DNA of 64,000 nt from Bispira polyomma (Eukaryota), in contig OZ287756.1 of assembly GCA_965649765.1 (NCBI GenBank), positions 57,350,001-57,414,000 on the forward strand. Direction: 5' to 3'. The notes beneath the pieces are model-generated. The model was not told the origin of the DNA. It saw only the letters and a program-made list of their open reading frames with translations, and did no database searches. Both the position numbers and the translations under genes were made by a program. Positions within the stretch are counted from its first letter, which is position 1. The number at the start of each line of letters is the position of its first letter. Of this stretch, positions 24,801 to 36,234 are shown piece by piece.

Positions 24801-25476
24801 AGTGTACATACCAGTTTAGCCTTGTGTATGGTCTAAATATGTTAAAATCTACCATGCAAGCTATATTACTGCTTAAACATAATTTGCTCATCATATGACG
24901 TGTGGTGTTTAGTATAGCTGTACACGGCTGCCTGTGAGCTATGTGCAACTTGTTATATAATGTTTTTGTCTTCACATATATTTACAGTGACTTTTATAAT
25001 ACAAGTCTAAAAGGAGGCATTTTAGGGTAAAGACTGGAGCCTTTCTTCCCATAGCCCCACAAGGACCTACTTCAGTATGAATATGTACCAGTGCTAACAA
25101 ATCTTAGATAATTAAGTGATATGACAATCTGGACACACCGTTCGTCTTTTGGGTAAAGTTTTAGAGAAAAAACGCGTCCGTTAGTGTCAAACTTTTCCCA
25201 GGTAAAGACATAGTTTTCCCATTATGGGTAACTGGAAAACAATGAAGAGCCTGATGGATATATTACAATTGGAATCTAATCCAGGCCAAGTTCAACCTGT
25301 GATGTGTCTACACATAATAACGTTACATCGTATTATTCTCAGAACTAAAGAATACACCTCTTATAGCTACACAGTTGGAAATAATACTATTCATCAGAGA
25401 CTTTAAAACTAGCAGGAGTAATAACATGTATGATATTTCTACTTACAATGTCTGATATCTTCCCAGCAACGACCAT
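21817..25476 (-). CDS. Secreted C1q-domain protein, paralog 1 (3 coding exons)
   Basis: Exons 25476-25447 (MVVAGKISDI|GTAAGT), 23256-23046 (hydrophobic signal and coiled coil) and 22244-21817 (gC1q: FFAYL, FNTVLVNEGGAY, FTCPISGMYFF, TTFSGFFL). Splice phases are compatible and exons 1 and 2 have the same sizes as in paralog 2. Confidence 0.88.
22430..22862 (-). repeat. Tandem partial duplication of the C1q exon 2/intron 2 junction
   Basis: Copy of about 22875-23155, interrupted by a LINE tail. Confidence 0.8.
22649..22800 (+). mobile_element. 5'-truncated L2/CR1-type LINE 3' UTR
   Basis: Nearly identical to 35462-35607, ending in (TAGAT)n. Confidence 0.85.
23723..24697. mobile_element. Unclassified GC-richer insertion in C1q intron 1, possibly a solo LTR
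   Basis: Absent from the short paralogous intron. TGTGGTGAA...TTCCCCCAC weak terminal inverted repeat; no clear TSD. Confidence 0.3.
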
Positions 25477-25959
25477 TCTGAATGATGTTCTTCACAATTA
25501 TGAACTCTGGAAAACCTGCAGCTTCACATTCGGTTCTAATAACCAGTTGTCCACTTATAGATTAGTCGAATTAAAATCAAGTTTAATAGATACGTAAAAA
25601 AAACATCAAATTGATGAGTAAAAAACATCACAATGTGAAATGACATTGGGAAGGTTGAATCAGCTAATAATACATTATATTGTGTGACTGCACGTACAAA
25701 CATAAGCTGTTGGATGGTTTGGGTTTTTGTGTGACTGCACATGCTCTTAAGGATGGTTTGGTTTTATTTTCTCAATTTTAAAAGATTAGTTGATGTAGCT
25801 AAAACCTTATGCTTATTATGCAAGTAGTTATACTTAAAGTCTTAAACTTGTAAACCTTAGTAATGCTAGTATGCCTGGTAAGGTCACACAGTTAAATGTC
25901 AAACTATACTGTTATGTCAACTATACATGTAACTAGATATATGATCTGGTCTATGTTCC

Positions 25960-26245
25960 CAGTTTTTCCCTGTGGCTGTTGGTGTTATTTTTGTTACCAC
26001 AATTGTACACTAAGTGACTGTCTGAATGTTCAAGTTCTGGGCATATTTGACAGCCGTTGATATTTTGAGTACAAAAAACTGGCTTAGTCATTTTAACTAT
26101 ACCAGGCCCAGTTTTTGCCTGTGACTGTTGGTGTTATATTTGTCACCACAATTATACACTACGTGTCTGTCTGTTCGACGTCTGGGCACATTTGACAGCC
26201 TGTGATATTTTGAGTACAAAAAAATGGCTTAGTCATTTTAACTAT
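25960..26245. repeat. Tandem duplication, about 145-bp unit
   Basis: CCAGTTTT..CCTGTG..TGTTGGTGTTAT...GGCTTAGTCATTTTAACTATAC occurs twice. Confidence 0.85.
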
Positions 26246-28429
26246 ACACAGGCACAATGTCTATTCTATATTTTATAGCTACAGTTGTACATGAGAAATT
26301 ATACATATGGTCAAACATGTCAAGCTCTAACTTTCTTGTAATCAATTGTAATCAGCTGCAAACGAGTTTCAACTGGCTTCAATTGATAGCAAGAGTACAA
26401 CATTCGAAAGGTCACATTAAACATCATTTAAATATGCAAATTTATAATAATAGAAGCTAATATTTCTGTCATGTCATTTATTAATCTAATAGATATGTAA
26501 ATATGTAGCAAAAAATCAGTTGTATATTAAGCAATACACTGTTCTTTGTATATTAATTTTTATAAATTTTCAATCTCTCATAAGCCATACTTGGCATGCT
26601 GTGTAACAGGTTAAAGTATGATAAAAAGTCTATCCATCTATCTATCACTGGGCTAAAATAAGTCTACAGCAAATAAAATCTTAACAGAGCGGTTAAACAT
26701 ATGGATGCCTTTATTGGCAATACCGGTTATTCAGATGAATAAATTATTATAATATTGTATATTTTATTGATTGCGTGTAATAGAATAATAGTACATCCAA
26801 CATATTAAATAGCTTCATAGAGTTAAGGCATGACAGGGTGAAAATGAATTCCCAATACAGTGCACATGATGCTAACAGTGCCCTAGTGTGGTGAGATTGA
26901 ACATGTGGAAGTACGACAGAATATGATATAAAGTTTGGAGGTTTTTCTGTACAAGTTAGTTTATCTATACCCAGAGTTACAGTGTGTAAAACAATAGATA
27001 TAAATAAAATCCTATAGGAGCTCACATACATATAATAATAATAGTTTATTTTCATACTAATAGTACATAAAAAAGATATAGATACAGATGAATAGAACAA
27101 ACATATAAACATAATTACATATCATTACAAATAAAGATAAATGAAAAAAAAATTTACACTATTTTATTATAACTTTCATCAATTAGTACACAAGAAATTT
27201 ATAATTTCAATAATTTTTTCCTTGCTAAAAGCCTTTTTACTTGCATATTTTGGTTTTCTGATGATATCAAACCTCACACCATCTTCAGCTTCACAATTTG
27301 ATAATACAAGGCATATCACAAGGTCTGACATCATATTTGAATATCCATGAAATCATAAAATGGTCAAAAACCAACCAAAACAGATTTAAGGGGCTATGAA
27401 CTTTACAGCATAAATGCGCTGCCGAGATATTATGCTGCATTTATTCGATTTTATTTTAGCCTATATATACTCACTTTACCTGCCTTATAACTATAGTTTA
27501 CTCGCAGTTTTAACCATTTTAGATGTAGAAACAATTTAAAACTTCAATATTGTATTGTGACGTCACATAATTTTAAATCTATAGTGAAACGTCATATTTG
27601 TAAACAATTCTCGCAGAGACATTTCTATCGTGATATAATATAAGTATTGATCCAGCATATATGAAGGTATTATATACACTACACAACTTTAAAATATGTG
27701 TATACTATTTTGAATGAATTACATTTTTAAATAGGTTTTCTTATTTTATATGAAAGAAGAATTGAAAATACTCTTTCTTTCAGGATATGGTAACTTATAT
27801 AGTTTTCTAAAAGAGACCCGGTTTTTGTATTTTATTTGAAAAAATATATTATTTAAAATAAAGCTGAAGATTTCCTTTCTCTAGTGATTTACAATACCAC
27901 AGTATTAATTCCTTCTTGTGTGTGAATTGTGTAACGTTTGTGAACCATGTTCTTACAAATGTTAACCATCTTTTTTTTCAAATTTATACACACTGCCATA
28001 TGTATTATATGTCCTAAAATATATATTAAAGTGAGTCATAAAATCTATAAATTAGCATATAATTAAAATAGTTTTTTTTTGTATTATTTCTACTGACAAA
28101 AATGGAAATATGTTATCTATAAATCGAGTTTAAGGCACAAAAATAAAAGTTGTGCAGTTTGTGAAAGGCTCCAACTGATGAAACGTGGGAATTGGCGATT
28201 AGTTTATGTGTTTACGTTTTGTAAGCGAACGCCCTCAGCGTTCGTGGCCTCAGTTCTGGGGTACCAGCCTGTTCTACTATTATGGGATGGTGTACGACTA
28301 TATAAGGCTCTCCTTTTTCAAATTCTCCCGCCTTTATCGTTTCGTCAGCAGAGCAACAACTAGTTTAAAATTTGTTTGGGTGACATTTTGTTTATGGTGT
28401 TTACGGTTTTATAATTTACAATATCTTAG

Positions 28430-29518
28430 TTGAAACACCATCTAGTCATGCCTGTCTTTGATTGTACTCAATGCTTAACCAAACATGAGCGTCCTGTCGG
28501 GCGAAATTGCGTTACTGCAAAAATTGTTGACTCTGTCTCTGGGGAGGAGATCGATGCTGCCTCAGACACTGAACCCGCAAACGGTGAGTCCGGCGATGCA
28601 GTTACCAATGCTATACTACTTCAACTGCACTCGATGAACGAATTAATGGTGAAAATGGACCAGCGGGTTCAGAGGAATGAGGCAGCATTGGCGACGAACC
28701 TTACCAGTAGTCAGGCAAGTCATCAGGTCCCCGTTCAGGCAAGTAGTAGTTTGATTAGTTCTAGTGTTGTCAGGCCTGCTAGTTGCTCTGCTGACGTAGG
28801 TAAGAGCCCATCTATCGCTACGTCCGACAGTATAATTCCTGGCATAGATTTTTTAAACCAGAATGCCCTAATACAGCTCCAAGTGGAGCAGAGATTGAAA
28901 GATCTCAAAACGTTGAATGAGACCACCTCGCAAGGTAAAATGAAGTCCCAGCGTAGTGGGGCGAATGAGGTATTGGTAAAGAAGGTCACCGCCTGGCCTC
29001 AAAATTATGTGCTGACGGGTAGTTCTAAGTCTCGGCCTAGCTACGATGAGTTAACCGTGTTGCAATGGGTGTGTGGTTTCGCTCGGATCGCCCAAGAGGA
29101 GAAGTCGATCGAAGTGAAGAATGCCATGCTGGATTACATGGGGGGTCTTATGGAGGATGCCCAGGATTTTTCTTGGGAGTCAGCTAAGGCCTGCCATGCA
29201 GTCGTATTGACAAGTATGGAGATGGATAAGTTAGGTTGGCTAGAGGTAGATAAGATGGATCGAATCCGAAGAGCCCATGCTCAGCGCCATGTGTCGAACA
29301 GTAGAAATTCCTCTGGGGCGAATGGACGGCTAGGTAACTCTAGTAGCAGTAAATCTGGCAGTCGTAAAGGTGCAATGTTTTGTCGCTTTTATCAGGAAGG
29401 AAATTGTAGATTTCCCAGCTCTCACAATACTGGAGGTCAGTTATATAAACATCATTGTGAGACATGTGAGGGTAGCCACAAGACTAGTGAATGTCATAAG
29501 AAAGGGGCAAAAAACTAA
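28430..29518 (+). CDS. gag: E3 Gag-like protein (ATG probably at 28448)
   Basis: CTQC..H..C N-terminus, WPQN, LMEDAQDFSWESAK and C-terminal zinc knuckle; homologous to E1 Gag. Confidence 0.9.
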   Translation: MKHHLVMPVFDCTQCLTKHERPVGRNCVTAKIVDSVSGEEIDAASDTEPANGESGDAVTNAILLQLHSMNELMVKMDQRVQRNEAALATNLTSSQASHQVPVQASSSLISSSVVRPASCSADVGKSPSIATSDSIIPGIDFLNQNALIQLQVEQRLKDLKTLNETTSQGKMKSQRSGANEVLVKKVTAWPQNYVLTGSSKSRPSYDELTVLQWVCGFARIAQEEKSIEVKNAMLDYMGGLMEDAQDFSWESAKACHAVVLTSMEMDKLGWLEVDKMDRIRRAHAQRHVSNSRNSSGANGRLGNSSSSKSGSRKGAMFCRFYQEGNCRFPSSHNTGGQLYKHHCETCEGSHKTSECHKKGAKN

Positions 29519-29543
29519 GGGGCCACTGCGTTGATGCAGTGGC
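29509..29543 (+). promoter_or_regulatory. -1 ribosomal frameshift signal, E3 gag/pol
   Basis: A_AAA_AAC, 6-nt spacer, hairpin GCCACTGCG-TTGA-TGCAGTGGC; the -1 frame continues into pol. Confidence 0.8.
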
Positions 29544-31938
29544 TAAAAGGGGTGAGCAAAAAAGTAGGTTTGTCTATAATACTAAATTTAAGGATGTACA
29601 GTTATTTGAGAGGTCTGTGTGTCAGAAAATGTGTAAATATGTGAAGGGCACCAGACCAGGCCTGAGCTATAGCCAGGCGTTGCAAAAGAATGGCCCAGTT
29701 CAAAAGTATGGGTGTGTAAATAGAAGTGTTAATAATGTACAGGTAAAACAGGCAAGGTTTGACAAGAGTAAGGTGAAGATAGTACATAACAAAAGTGACA
29801 CCTTGGTGAGGCCCCTTGGTACCTCTGTGAGCCAATTGACACCCATTGTGAAGCCTGACACGTGTGCGAAACAAGACAAGGGGATAACAAAGGAGGTCAA
29901 TTGTTCGAGATTGAATGGGGGCGAAGCGAGGCGGGTCAATGGGGGTGTGGCTGTCCTCCCTCTTGCTAACAGGTATACCGCTCTAATGTCGCTGCCGGTC
30001 GATGACAGTGAAAATGTTGACGAGCCCGTTCGATTCCTTTCTGTTACTAGTGACAAGCCCGTTAACCGAGGCAAGGCGAGGAGTAAAACTGCTTCCGAAG
30101 ATAGCCCGGGAAGTTTTGAATGTTCCGATAAATACGCTTGTGCTTTGAAACAGAAAGTAAATAAGAAAGGCATGTTAGCTAAGGCTGCCTCAAATCCTAC
30201 TTACAGAAAATGGCAAGCTCAAAGTCAATATGCATATGGATTCACTCCTCTCTCTGCTCTGGGCTGTGAGATTGCAGATCATGGTGGGGGAGGGCCCGAA
30301 CTTTCCATAGTGGAAATGCATGACTTAATTCGGGCTGATGGGAGACACAATTATGAAGGGTTGCAAATCCCTGTTCCCTCTCAATTAAGACCAGAGAGTT
30401 GGAAAAAATACCTTAAAAATTACTGGGATTGGCAATTGCCTCTCCTCATAAAATATGGATTCCCCCTAGATGTGGATCATTCAGTTAAACTGGAATCCAG
30501 TGAGATTAACCATAAATCGGCTGAGGAATATCCACAGCATGTAGAAGCTTATATGCAAGAAGAATGTGAGTTAGGAGCCATGTTGGGGCCATTTGACAAA
30601 CCTCCCATTCCGGGCTTGCATTGTTCTCCCCTTATGACGAGACACAAACCGAATTCAATTAACCGGAGAGTAATTGTAGACTTAAGTTGGCCTCAAGGGG
30701 GGTCGGTTAATGCGGGGGCATCTCCTTCCTCTTACTTGGGTGTTGAATTTTTGCTGTCTTACCCATCTATTGATAATCTCACTAGTGAGGTGGTAAAATT
30801 GGGTAGAGAATGCGAGATATTCAAGGTCGACATAAGTAGGGCGTTCCGTCACGTACCCATTGACCCTGGCGACGTTGACCTCCTAGGTCTAAAGTGGAAG
30901 TCCTATTATGTGGACAGATCTCTGCCGTTCGGATATCGTAATGGTAGCACGATTTTTCAGAGAATTTCGGATGGCGTGCGTTTCATAATGCACTCTGAAA
31001 ATCATAATGTCCACAACTATATCGACGATTTCTTGGCGATTTCTGTTCCCAGCAAAATTCAAAAAACTTACCTGAGATTGCAAGAACTGCTACAAGAATT
31101 GGGGTTGACAGTAAGTCAGAAAAAATTGGTTCCTCCCAGCACACAGGTTGTCTGCTTGGGCATAGTGGTGGATACCATTCGTGGTACTACTTCCATCCCG
31201 GTTGAGAAATTAAGTGAAATTAAATATAAGTGTCAGGAATGGAAATCCAAAAAATTCTGCACTAAGAGGGAGCTCCAGTCGTTACTTGGCTTGTTATTGT
31301 ATATTTCTAACTGTGTAAAGTATGCTCGTGTCTTTTTGAATAGGATGCTGGAACTGTTAAGAGATAATTACACCAGAAAGTATATTACCATCAACCCTGA
31401 ATTCAGGCGTGACTTAAATTGGTTTACTACTTTTGCAGAACAGTTCAATGGAGTCTCTTTCTTCATGCCTAAGCCCATAACTGGTGAGATTGAATTAGAT
31501 GCCTGCCTTACTGGAATGGGGGGTATTTTTGAGAAACAAGTGTACCAAATTAACATTCCTCCAGAAATGAGTGAGGTCAATATTGCTTCTTTGGAGATGC
31601 TTAACATCCTGGTAGCTTTAAAATTGTGGGTTCATAAATGGAAAGGTCATAGAATATTGGTCAGATGTGATAATCAGGCAGTTGTAAGTGTCTTACAGAC
31701 AGGGCGCACCAGAGATCCGGACTTAGCCACGTATTCTAGGAATATATACATGTTAGCTAGCAAGTTTAATATTGATATTGTTGTCATACATATTTTGGGT
31801 AAAGAAAATAAAATTGCAGATCTGCTGTCAAGATGGACTGAAACTGAAGCCAACCATTTGTTGTTATTTAGGTTAGCTGGGCCTGTCCAGTGGCTGCCTG
31901 CTTGCCACAGTTTATTAAAAGTTAACTCACTTATATAG
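29539..31938 (+). CDS. pol: E3 Pol: reverse transcriptase and RNase H
   Basis: KVDISRAFRH, LPFG, YIDD, DACLTG, LEMLN, CDN, ADLLSR. Confidence 0.95.
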   Translation: MAKRGEQKSRFVYNTKFKDVQLFERSVCQKMCKYVKGTRPGLSYSQALQKNGPVQKYGCVNRSVNNVQVKQARFDKSKVKIVHNKSDTLVRPLGTSVSQLTPIVKPDTCAKQDKGITKEVNCSRLNGGEARRVNGGVAVLPLANRYTALMSLPVDDSENVDEPVRFLSVTSDKPVNRGKARSKTASEDSPGSFECSDKYACALKQKVNKKGMLAKAASNPTYRKWQAQSQYAYGFTPLSALGCEIADHGGGGPELSIVEMHDLIRADGRHNYEGLQIPVPSQLRPESWKKYLKNYWDWQLPLLIKYGFPLDVDHSVKLESSEINHKSAEEYPQHVEAYMQEECELGAMLGPFDKPPIPGLHCSPLMTRHKPNSINRRVIVDLSWPQGGSVNAGASPSSYLGVEFLLSYPSIDNLTSEVVKLGRECEIFKVDISRAFRHVPIDPGDVDLLGLKWKSYYVDRSLPFGYRNGSTIFQRISDGVRFIMHSENHNVHNYIDDFLAISVPSKIQKTYLRLQELLQELGLTVSQKKLVPPSTQVVCLGIVVDTIRGTTSIPVEKLSEIKYKCQEWKSKKFCTKRELQSLLGLLLYISNCVKYARVFLNRMLELLRDNYTRKYITINPEFRRDLNWFTTFAEQFNGVSFFMPKPITGEIELDACLTGMGGIFEKQVYQINIPPEMSEVNIASLEMLNILVALKLWVHKWKGHRILVRCDNQAVVSVLQTGRTRDPDLATYSRNIYMLASKFNIDIVVIHILGKENKIADLLSRWTETEANHLLLFRLAGPVQWLPACHSLLKVNSLI

Positions 31939-31961
31939 CACGTGTTAGTCATGTTTTCCAG

Positions 31962-32947
31962 ATATACAACCTGTGGCCATCTCCTTGATGCAGAAAGCTT
32001 GTGACAGACTTGAACTTGCCTTCACCCCTGCCACTAACAGAGCCTACAACAGAATGTTCAGGCTGTTCTTGGCGTTTGGAGCCTTTATGTCATGGCCTCC
32101 TAAAAAGGTGACTGTGTTATATCTCCTAGCATATTTAGAGTTTTTAACGTTTAATGGTGTGTCGGCGAGTCAAGTTCTTAATCATCTTTCTGCCATTAAG
32201 GCAAAGTGTGTCCTCTTCCATATATCTGTAGACGCTTTTTCTGATAAAAGAATCACCTATTATAATAGAGCTTTGGCAATGCATAGACCATTGCAAGTAA
32301 AACTTAAGTCAATTTTCGACGTCCAGTTGTTGAGGTCTCTTATTATAAAGTGTGACAGCACTTACATGGGTCAAATTTTTAAAGCAGTTTATCTTACCAG
32401 TTTCTTTTCCTTTCTGAGGCTGTCTAACCTCTGTGCTCATTCGGTTGCTGCTTACTCTCCTCTTAAGCAGCTTGCAAGGGCTGATGTCCTTTTCAAGCCA
32501 GGGTATGCTGTCCTCATTGTTAAATGGTCTAAAACCCTTCAGAACAATAATGCCGTTCGTTTGCTTACCATCCCAGCTTTAACCAATTCCATTTTATGTC
32601 CGGTTCAAGCTTTAAAGAACATACTGTCTATTTCTCCCAAAGGGAAAGATTTGCCCTTGTTTCAATTTAAGCAGAATGCCATTTGGACTCCCCTCACTGA
32701 TACTAGGGTTCGCAGGCATCTTAAGAATGTCTTACTAATGCTGGGCCCGCAGTACTCTGGCTTGACCTTTCACGCCTTCAGGCGTTCAGGTGCCACGTTT
32801 GCCTTTAACAATAATGTCACCATTCAGGACATCTAAAGGCAAGGCACCTGGACGTCCGATTGCGTCTGGCGTTACATTTCGGATTCTGCCAATGCTGGTA
32901 CTCAAGTTGCCGATTCCTTCAAAACTATTCTACAGGATACGCACTAA
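31962..32947 (+). pseudogene. E3 tyrosine recombinase with a premature stop
   Basis: LRLSNL, WSKT, HAFRR, then in-frame TAA at 32834-32836 before RQGTWTSDCVWRY. The catalytic Tyr is lost; natural stop at 32947. Confidence 0.9.
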
Positions 32948-32958
32948 AATTTTTGGGT

Positions 32959-33502
32959 TTGGTGGCATGACTGTAACATCTAGTCAGTTTAACATTGCAA
33001 GTAGCATATTAATTACCTGTAAACTAAATGAATTAACTGTGGGCATAAGGTCCCCCTGTATTATTAAAGTACATATTGTACTCATGTAATTAAAGTTGCA
33101 CTTAAACCCTAAGTCAAACTTTAATTTGTTAATCTTCAAAGTCATATTTAAGTTTCAACTTAAATCAAATTTTCTAAATTCAACTTCTTTATTAGTTAGG
33201 GTTACTTAAACTCATTCTGGTTTAACCTAAAGTCCTAAACTCAGTTGAGTTAAGGGGACCTTATGCTCACACAAAGTGTATATCATGTCAAAGAACTGTA
33301 CATAAATATCTTAGTAATAGTAGCTGTAAATATGAAATAAAATATATTTAACCGCAGTATTGTCTTTCTATGACTTCTTCGGTTAATTGAGTTTCCTCAG
33401 GCACTACTATTATGGGATGGTGTACGACTATATAAGGCTCTCCTTTTTTAAATTCTCCCGCCTTTATCGTTTCGTCAGCAGAGCAACAACTAGTTTAAAA
33501 TT
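32959..33502 (+). repeat. E3 B1 and A2 internal repeats
   Basis: B1 matches 34243-34691; A2 matches 28274-28372; they overlap at CTACT (33404-33408). Confidence 0.93.
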
Positions 33503-34242
33503 CCCACCCTCCACTTAACCCCTTTTAGTTGGAATGTTGCTACTATTAGTACGAATATATTAGTATGGATGTCTTAAGAAATGTTGCATATATTGTTGTT
33601 AAATGCTACTGTAGTTAGCTATGTATTTTCAGACAAATGGGAGTCAGAATAACTTTGTCAAATGCCTCACTGCCTTGTTGGAGTCCACCACTGGGACCTG
33701 CCGTTTGTATGCGACATCAAGTGATTGTGTCATCAGAGTGTAGAACAGTCTGGCAGACTAGTGTCTGGGCCGGTGTAATATGTCAGTGGTGGACTCTGCG
33801 TAAAATATTATAATTTACATTATCTACATTTTACTTCAAAGTTTACCTTCTTTTATACAAGTTTACATTACATGTGTCAATTCATTGGATAAGGGGTCGT
33901 ATTATTCGATCACGTAAGGGCGTTGCGGTTTGAGCTAGATGTAATGTAGCATAATATGGGCTAAACGTATATATAAGTTTCTTTTAGTAATCATAATGTG
34001 GTACTTACCTGGGGCTTTATACATTATTGTTTATAAATTTATTGGGCAGGATGAAGTTTACATTGGTTTTAAATTCCTCAATCATAGTGCATGAACTATT
34101 TTATAACATTTTACATCTTTTACAAATTATTGATTGTAACTTTTGTTATTAATATTTTAAATATCAGTCGCAACTGAGTTGCTACTGGGGTTCTGATGTA
34201 CTATGGTTGCGGTTCTGTGATATGCATGATAGAGTATGCGGG

Positions 34243-34702
34243 TTGGTGGCATGACTGTAACATCTAGTCAGTTTAACATTGCAAGTAGCATATTAATTAC
34301 CTGTAAACTAAATGAATTAACTGTGGGCATAAGGTCCCCCTGTATTATTAAAGTACATATTGTACTCATGTAATTAAAGTTGCACTTAAACCCTAAGTCA
34401 AACTTTAATTTGTTAATCTTCAAAGTCATATTAAGTTTCAACTTAAATCAAATTTTCTAAATTCAACTTCTTTATTAGTTAGGGTTACTTAAACTCATTC
34501 TGGTTTAACCTAAAGTCCTAAACTCAGTTGAGTTAAGGGGACCTTATGCTCACACAAAGTGTATATCATGTCAAAGAACTGTACATAAATATCTTAGTAA
34601 TAGTAGCTGTAAATATGAAATAAAATATATTTAACCGCAGTATTGTCTTTCTATGACTTCTTCGGTTAATTGAGTTTCCTCAGGCACTACTCCGAGGAAC
34701 TG
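34243..34702 (+). repeat. E3 split direct repeat B2
   Basis: Near-identical to B1, plus an 11-nt terminal CCGAGGAACTG. Confidence 0.93.
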
Positions 34703-34854
34703 ATAGCCCCTTAAACATGCTAAAAAAACATTTAAAAAACATGGAAGTTGATAATCTGATGCAGCTTGGACATATTTAGAATCCACTTCTAAAACTGCAA
34801 CTATCATACCAGATGCGTGTTCAGCCATCATTCCCCCTCTTTTCAGTTTGGCTT

Positions 34855-35032
34855 TGGTAGTTTTAAATTTTTAAATTCTATGAAAAAATTGTATAGATAT
34901 ATACACAAATTGCAACAAACTTTGTAAATAGAATGCTTCAAACTAAATCTGACTTCCCAACATTAAAACCTAACTTCAACTGAAACTTATTAACTTCTTA
35001 AAGGTCACAGTTACAAAATTTTGATGAGACTG
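34855..35032 (+). repeat. Dispersed repeat, second copy at about 42459-42650
   Basis: Shared GGTAGTTTTAAATTTT...CCTAACTTCAACTGAAACTTATTAACTTCTTA...TTTTGATGAGACTG. Confidence 0.75.
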
Positions 35033-35077
35033 TTGAAATCAATGCAACAAAGGCATGGCTCATCAGTCCCTAATATT

Positions 35078-35607
35078 GTGACCAAAACTTCTAAATTTTC
35101 CCACATTACTCCTGTACTCAAGTCACTGCACTGGCTCCCAATAAAATATCGTGTTGCTTTCAAAACAGCAACAATGATATATAAATTTCTAAATTCTGTA
35201 TTACCCATCTATTTCAGCCCCCATCTATCCAAATATGCATGCTCAGTCAGGACAAGGCGCAGTAGCCCTGATAAATTATACCTTAACATTCCCACTTTCG
35301 ACCCTCGCATCCACAAATCCAAAGTTCAGTTCAATCACTGCCTAGCTCATGATGGCCCCCTCATTTGGAACAGCCTACCTGATCATGTTCGCCTGGCTCA
35401 AACTTTCTTAGGAGTAAGCTGAAAGCCTACCTTTTTGAACAGGCTTTTCCACCTTAGCCGTCGCAACCATTTCTGGTAGTCTTCCTGGTTACGGCTTCCA
35501 TCCGCCTACTATTTTTGATTTTCGATTAATGTTTTGGCTTTGTTGCGCCTTAGAATTTGTTGTACAAAGATTAAACGCTATAAAAGTACAACTAGATTAG
35601 ATCAGAT
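35078..35607 (+). mobile_element. 5'-truncated L2/CR1-type LINE
   Basis: ORF2 C-terminus SHITPVLKSLHWLPIKYRVAFK..IWNSLP, 3' UTR, TAGAT tail, approximate TSD TCCCTAA(T/A)ATT. Confidence 0.88.
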
Positions 35608-36048
35608 TCCCTAAAATTTAGATGTTTACGGTATTGCATAGCTACGAAAGCTATTCTTTCATTGGAAAGCGAGCAAGTAGCAGCTCAGCAAACATTTCTC
35701 TCCCTCTTTCCCTAAGATTAAAGATTTGTCTTGTTTTTTGAAGTTTGAACCCATAACCGAGTAGGGGAGGGGTCCAGTTCTCTTAGAATAGGGGTGTTGG
35801 GGAGCTGGACTCTGCCCTTGCCGGGCCGTTCGGTGTCTAAGGTTGTGGGTTCTTAACTTTAAATTATTAGGATTTTCCTGAAAAGGGGATGGAAATAGAA
35901 GTATTTTAACACATAAAAGAAAAATTATGTATGATAGGTGAAGATTGATAGAGGTACCCATCCTGTATTGATAACGGAAAATTATAAACGATGATATAAT
36001 GTAAGGGCAATAATATTAGCCCTATAGCTATATGTGCAATTTTAAGGT

Positions 36049-36234
36049 CAGTTTGCCCAAGTAAAGGTAAGTCAAGGTCAGGATATGAAGAGAGGTACTA
36101 TATGTGGTTGGAAGTGATGTAATAGGTTAAATGTTTGAGAGAATTTATTTTCTATACATGTTAGAATCTATTTACAAAATAATAGTGGGTTAAAACCTAC
36201 TTTTAAAAGTTATAAAATAATTTTTAAAATGCCC
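36049..36234 (-). repeat. E4 split direct repeat B2
   Basis: Matches 36899-37084 with a few substitutions. Confidence 0.93.

Larger units (their letters stand above)
28220..34702 (+). mobile_element. E3: Ngaro-type YR retrotransposon (YR nonsense mutation, deleted internal junction)
   Basis: A1 28220-28372, gag, pol, YR, B1 about 32959-33408, A2 33404-33502, spacer, B2 34243-34702. Ends fixed by reconstructing the host TIR. Confidence 0.92.
27390..34710. mobile_element. Non-autonomous TTAA-TSD DNA transposon (Kolobok-like GG termini) with E3 inserted in its right TIR
   Basis: TTAA|GGGGCTATGAAC at 27386-27401 and ATAGCCCC|TTAA at 34703-34714. Removing E3 restores GTTTATAGCCCC, complementary to the left TIR. 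Confidence 0.75.

Noticed and set aside
28170-28230. CTGATGA as a possible hammerhead ribozyme core
   Set aside because: No GAAA after the putative stem II and no stems I/III; it lies in the host transposon, outside E3.
28274-28278. CTACT as a 5-bp TSD or crossover core for E3
   Set aside because: Host TIR reconstruction and the 54225 remnant place the true ends at 28220 and 34702.
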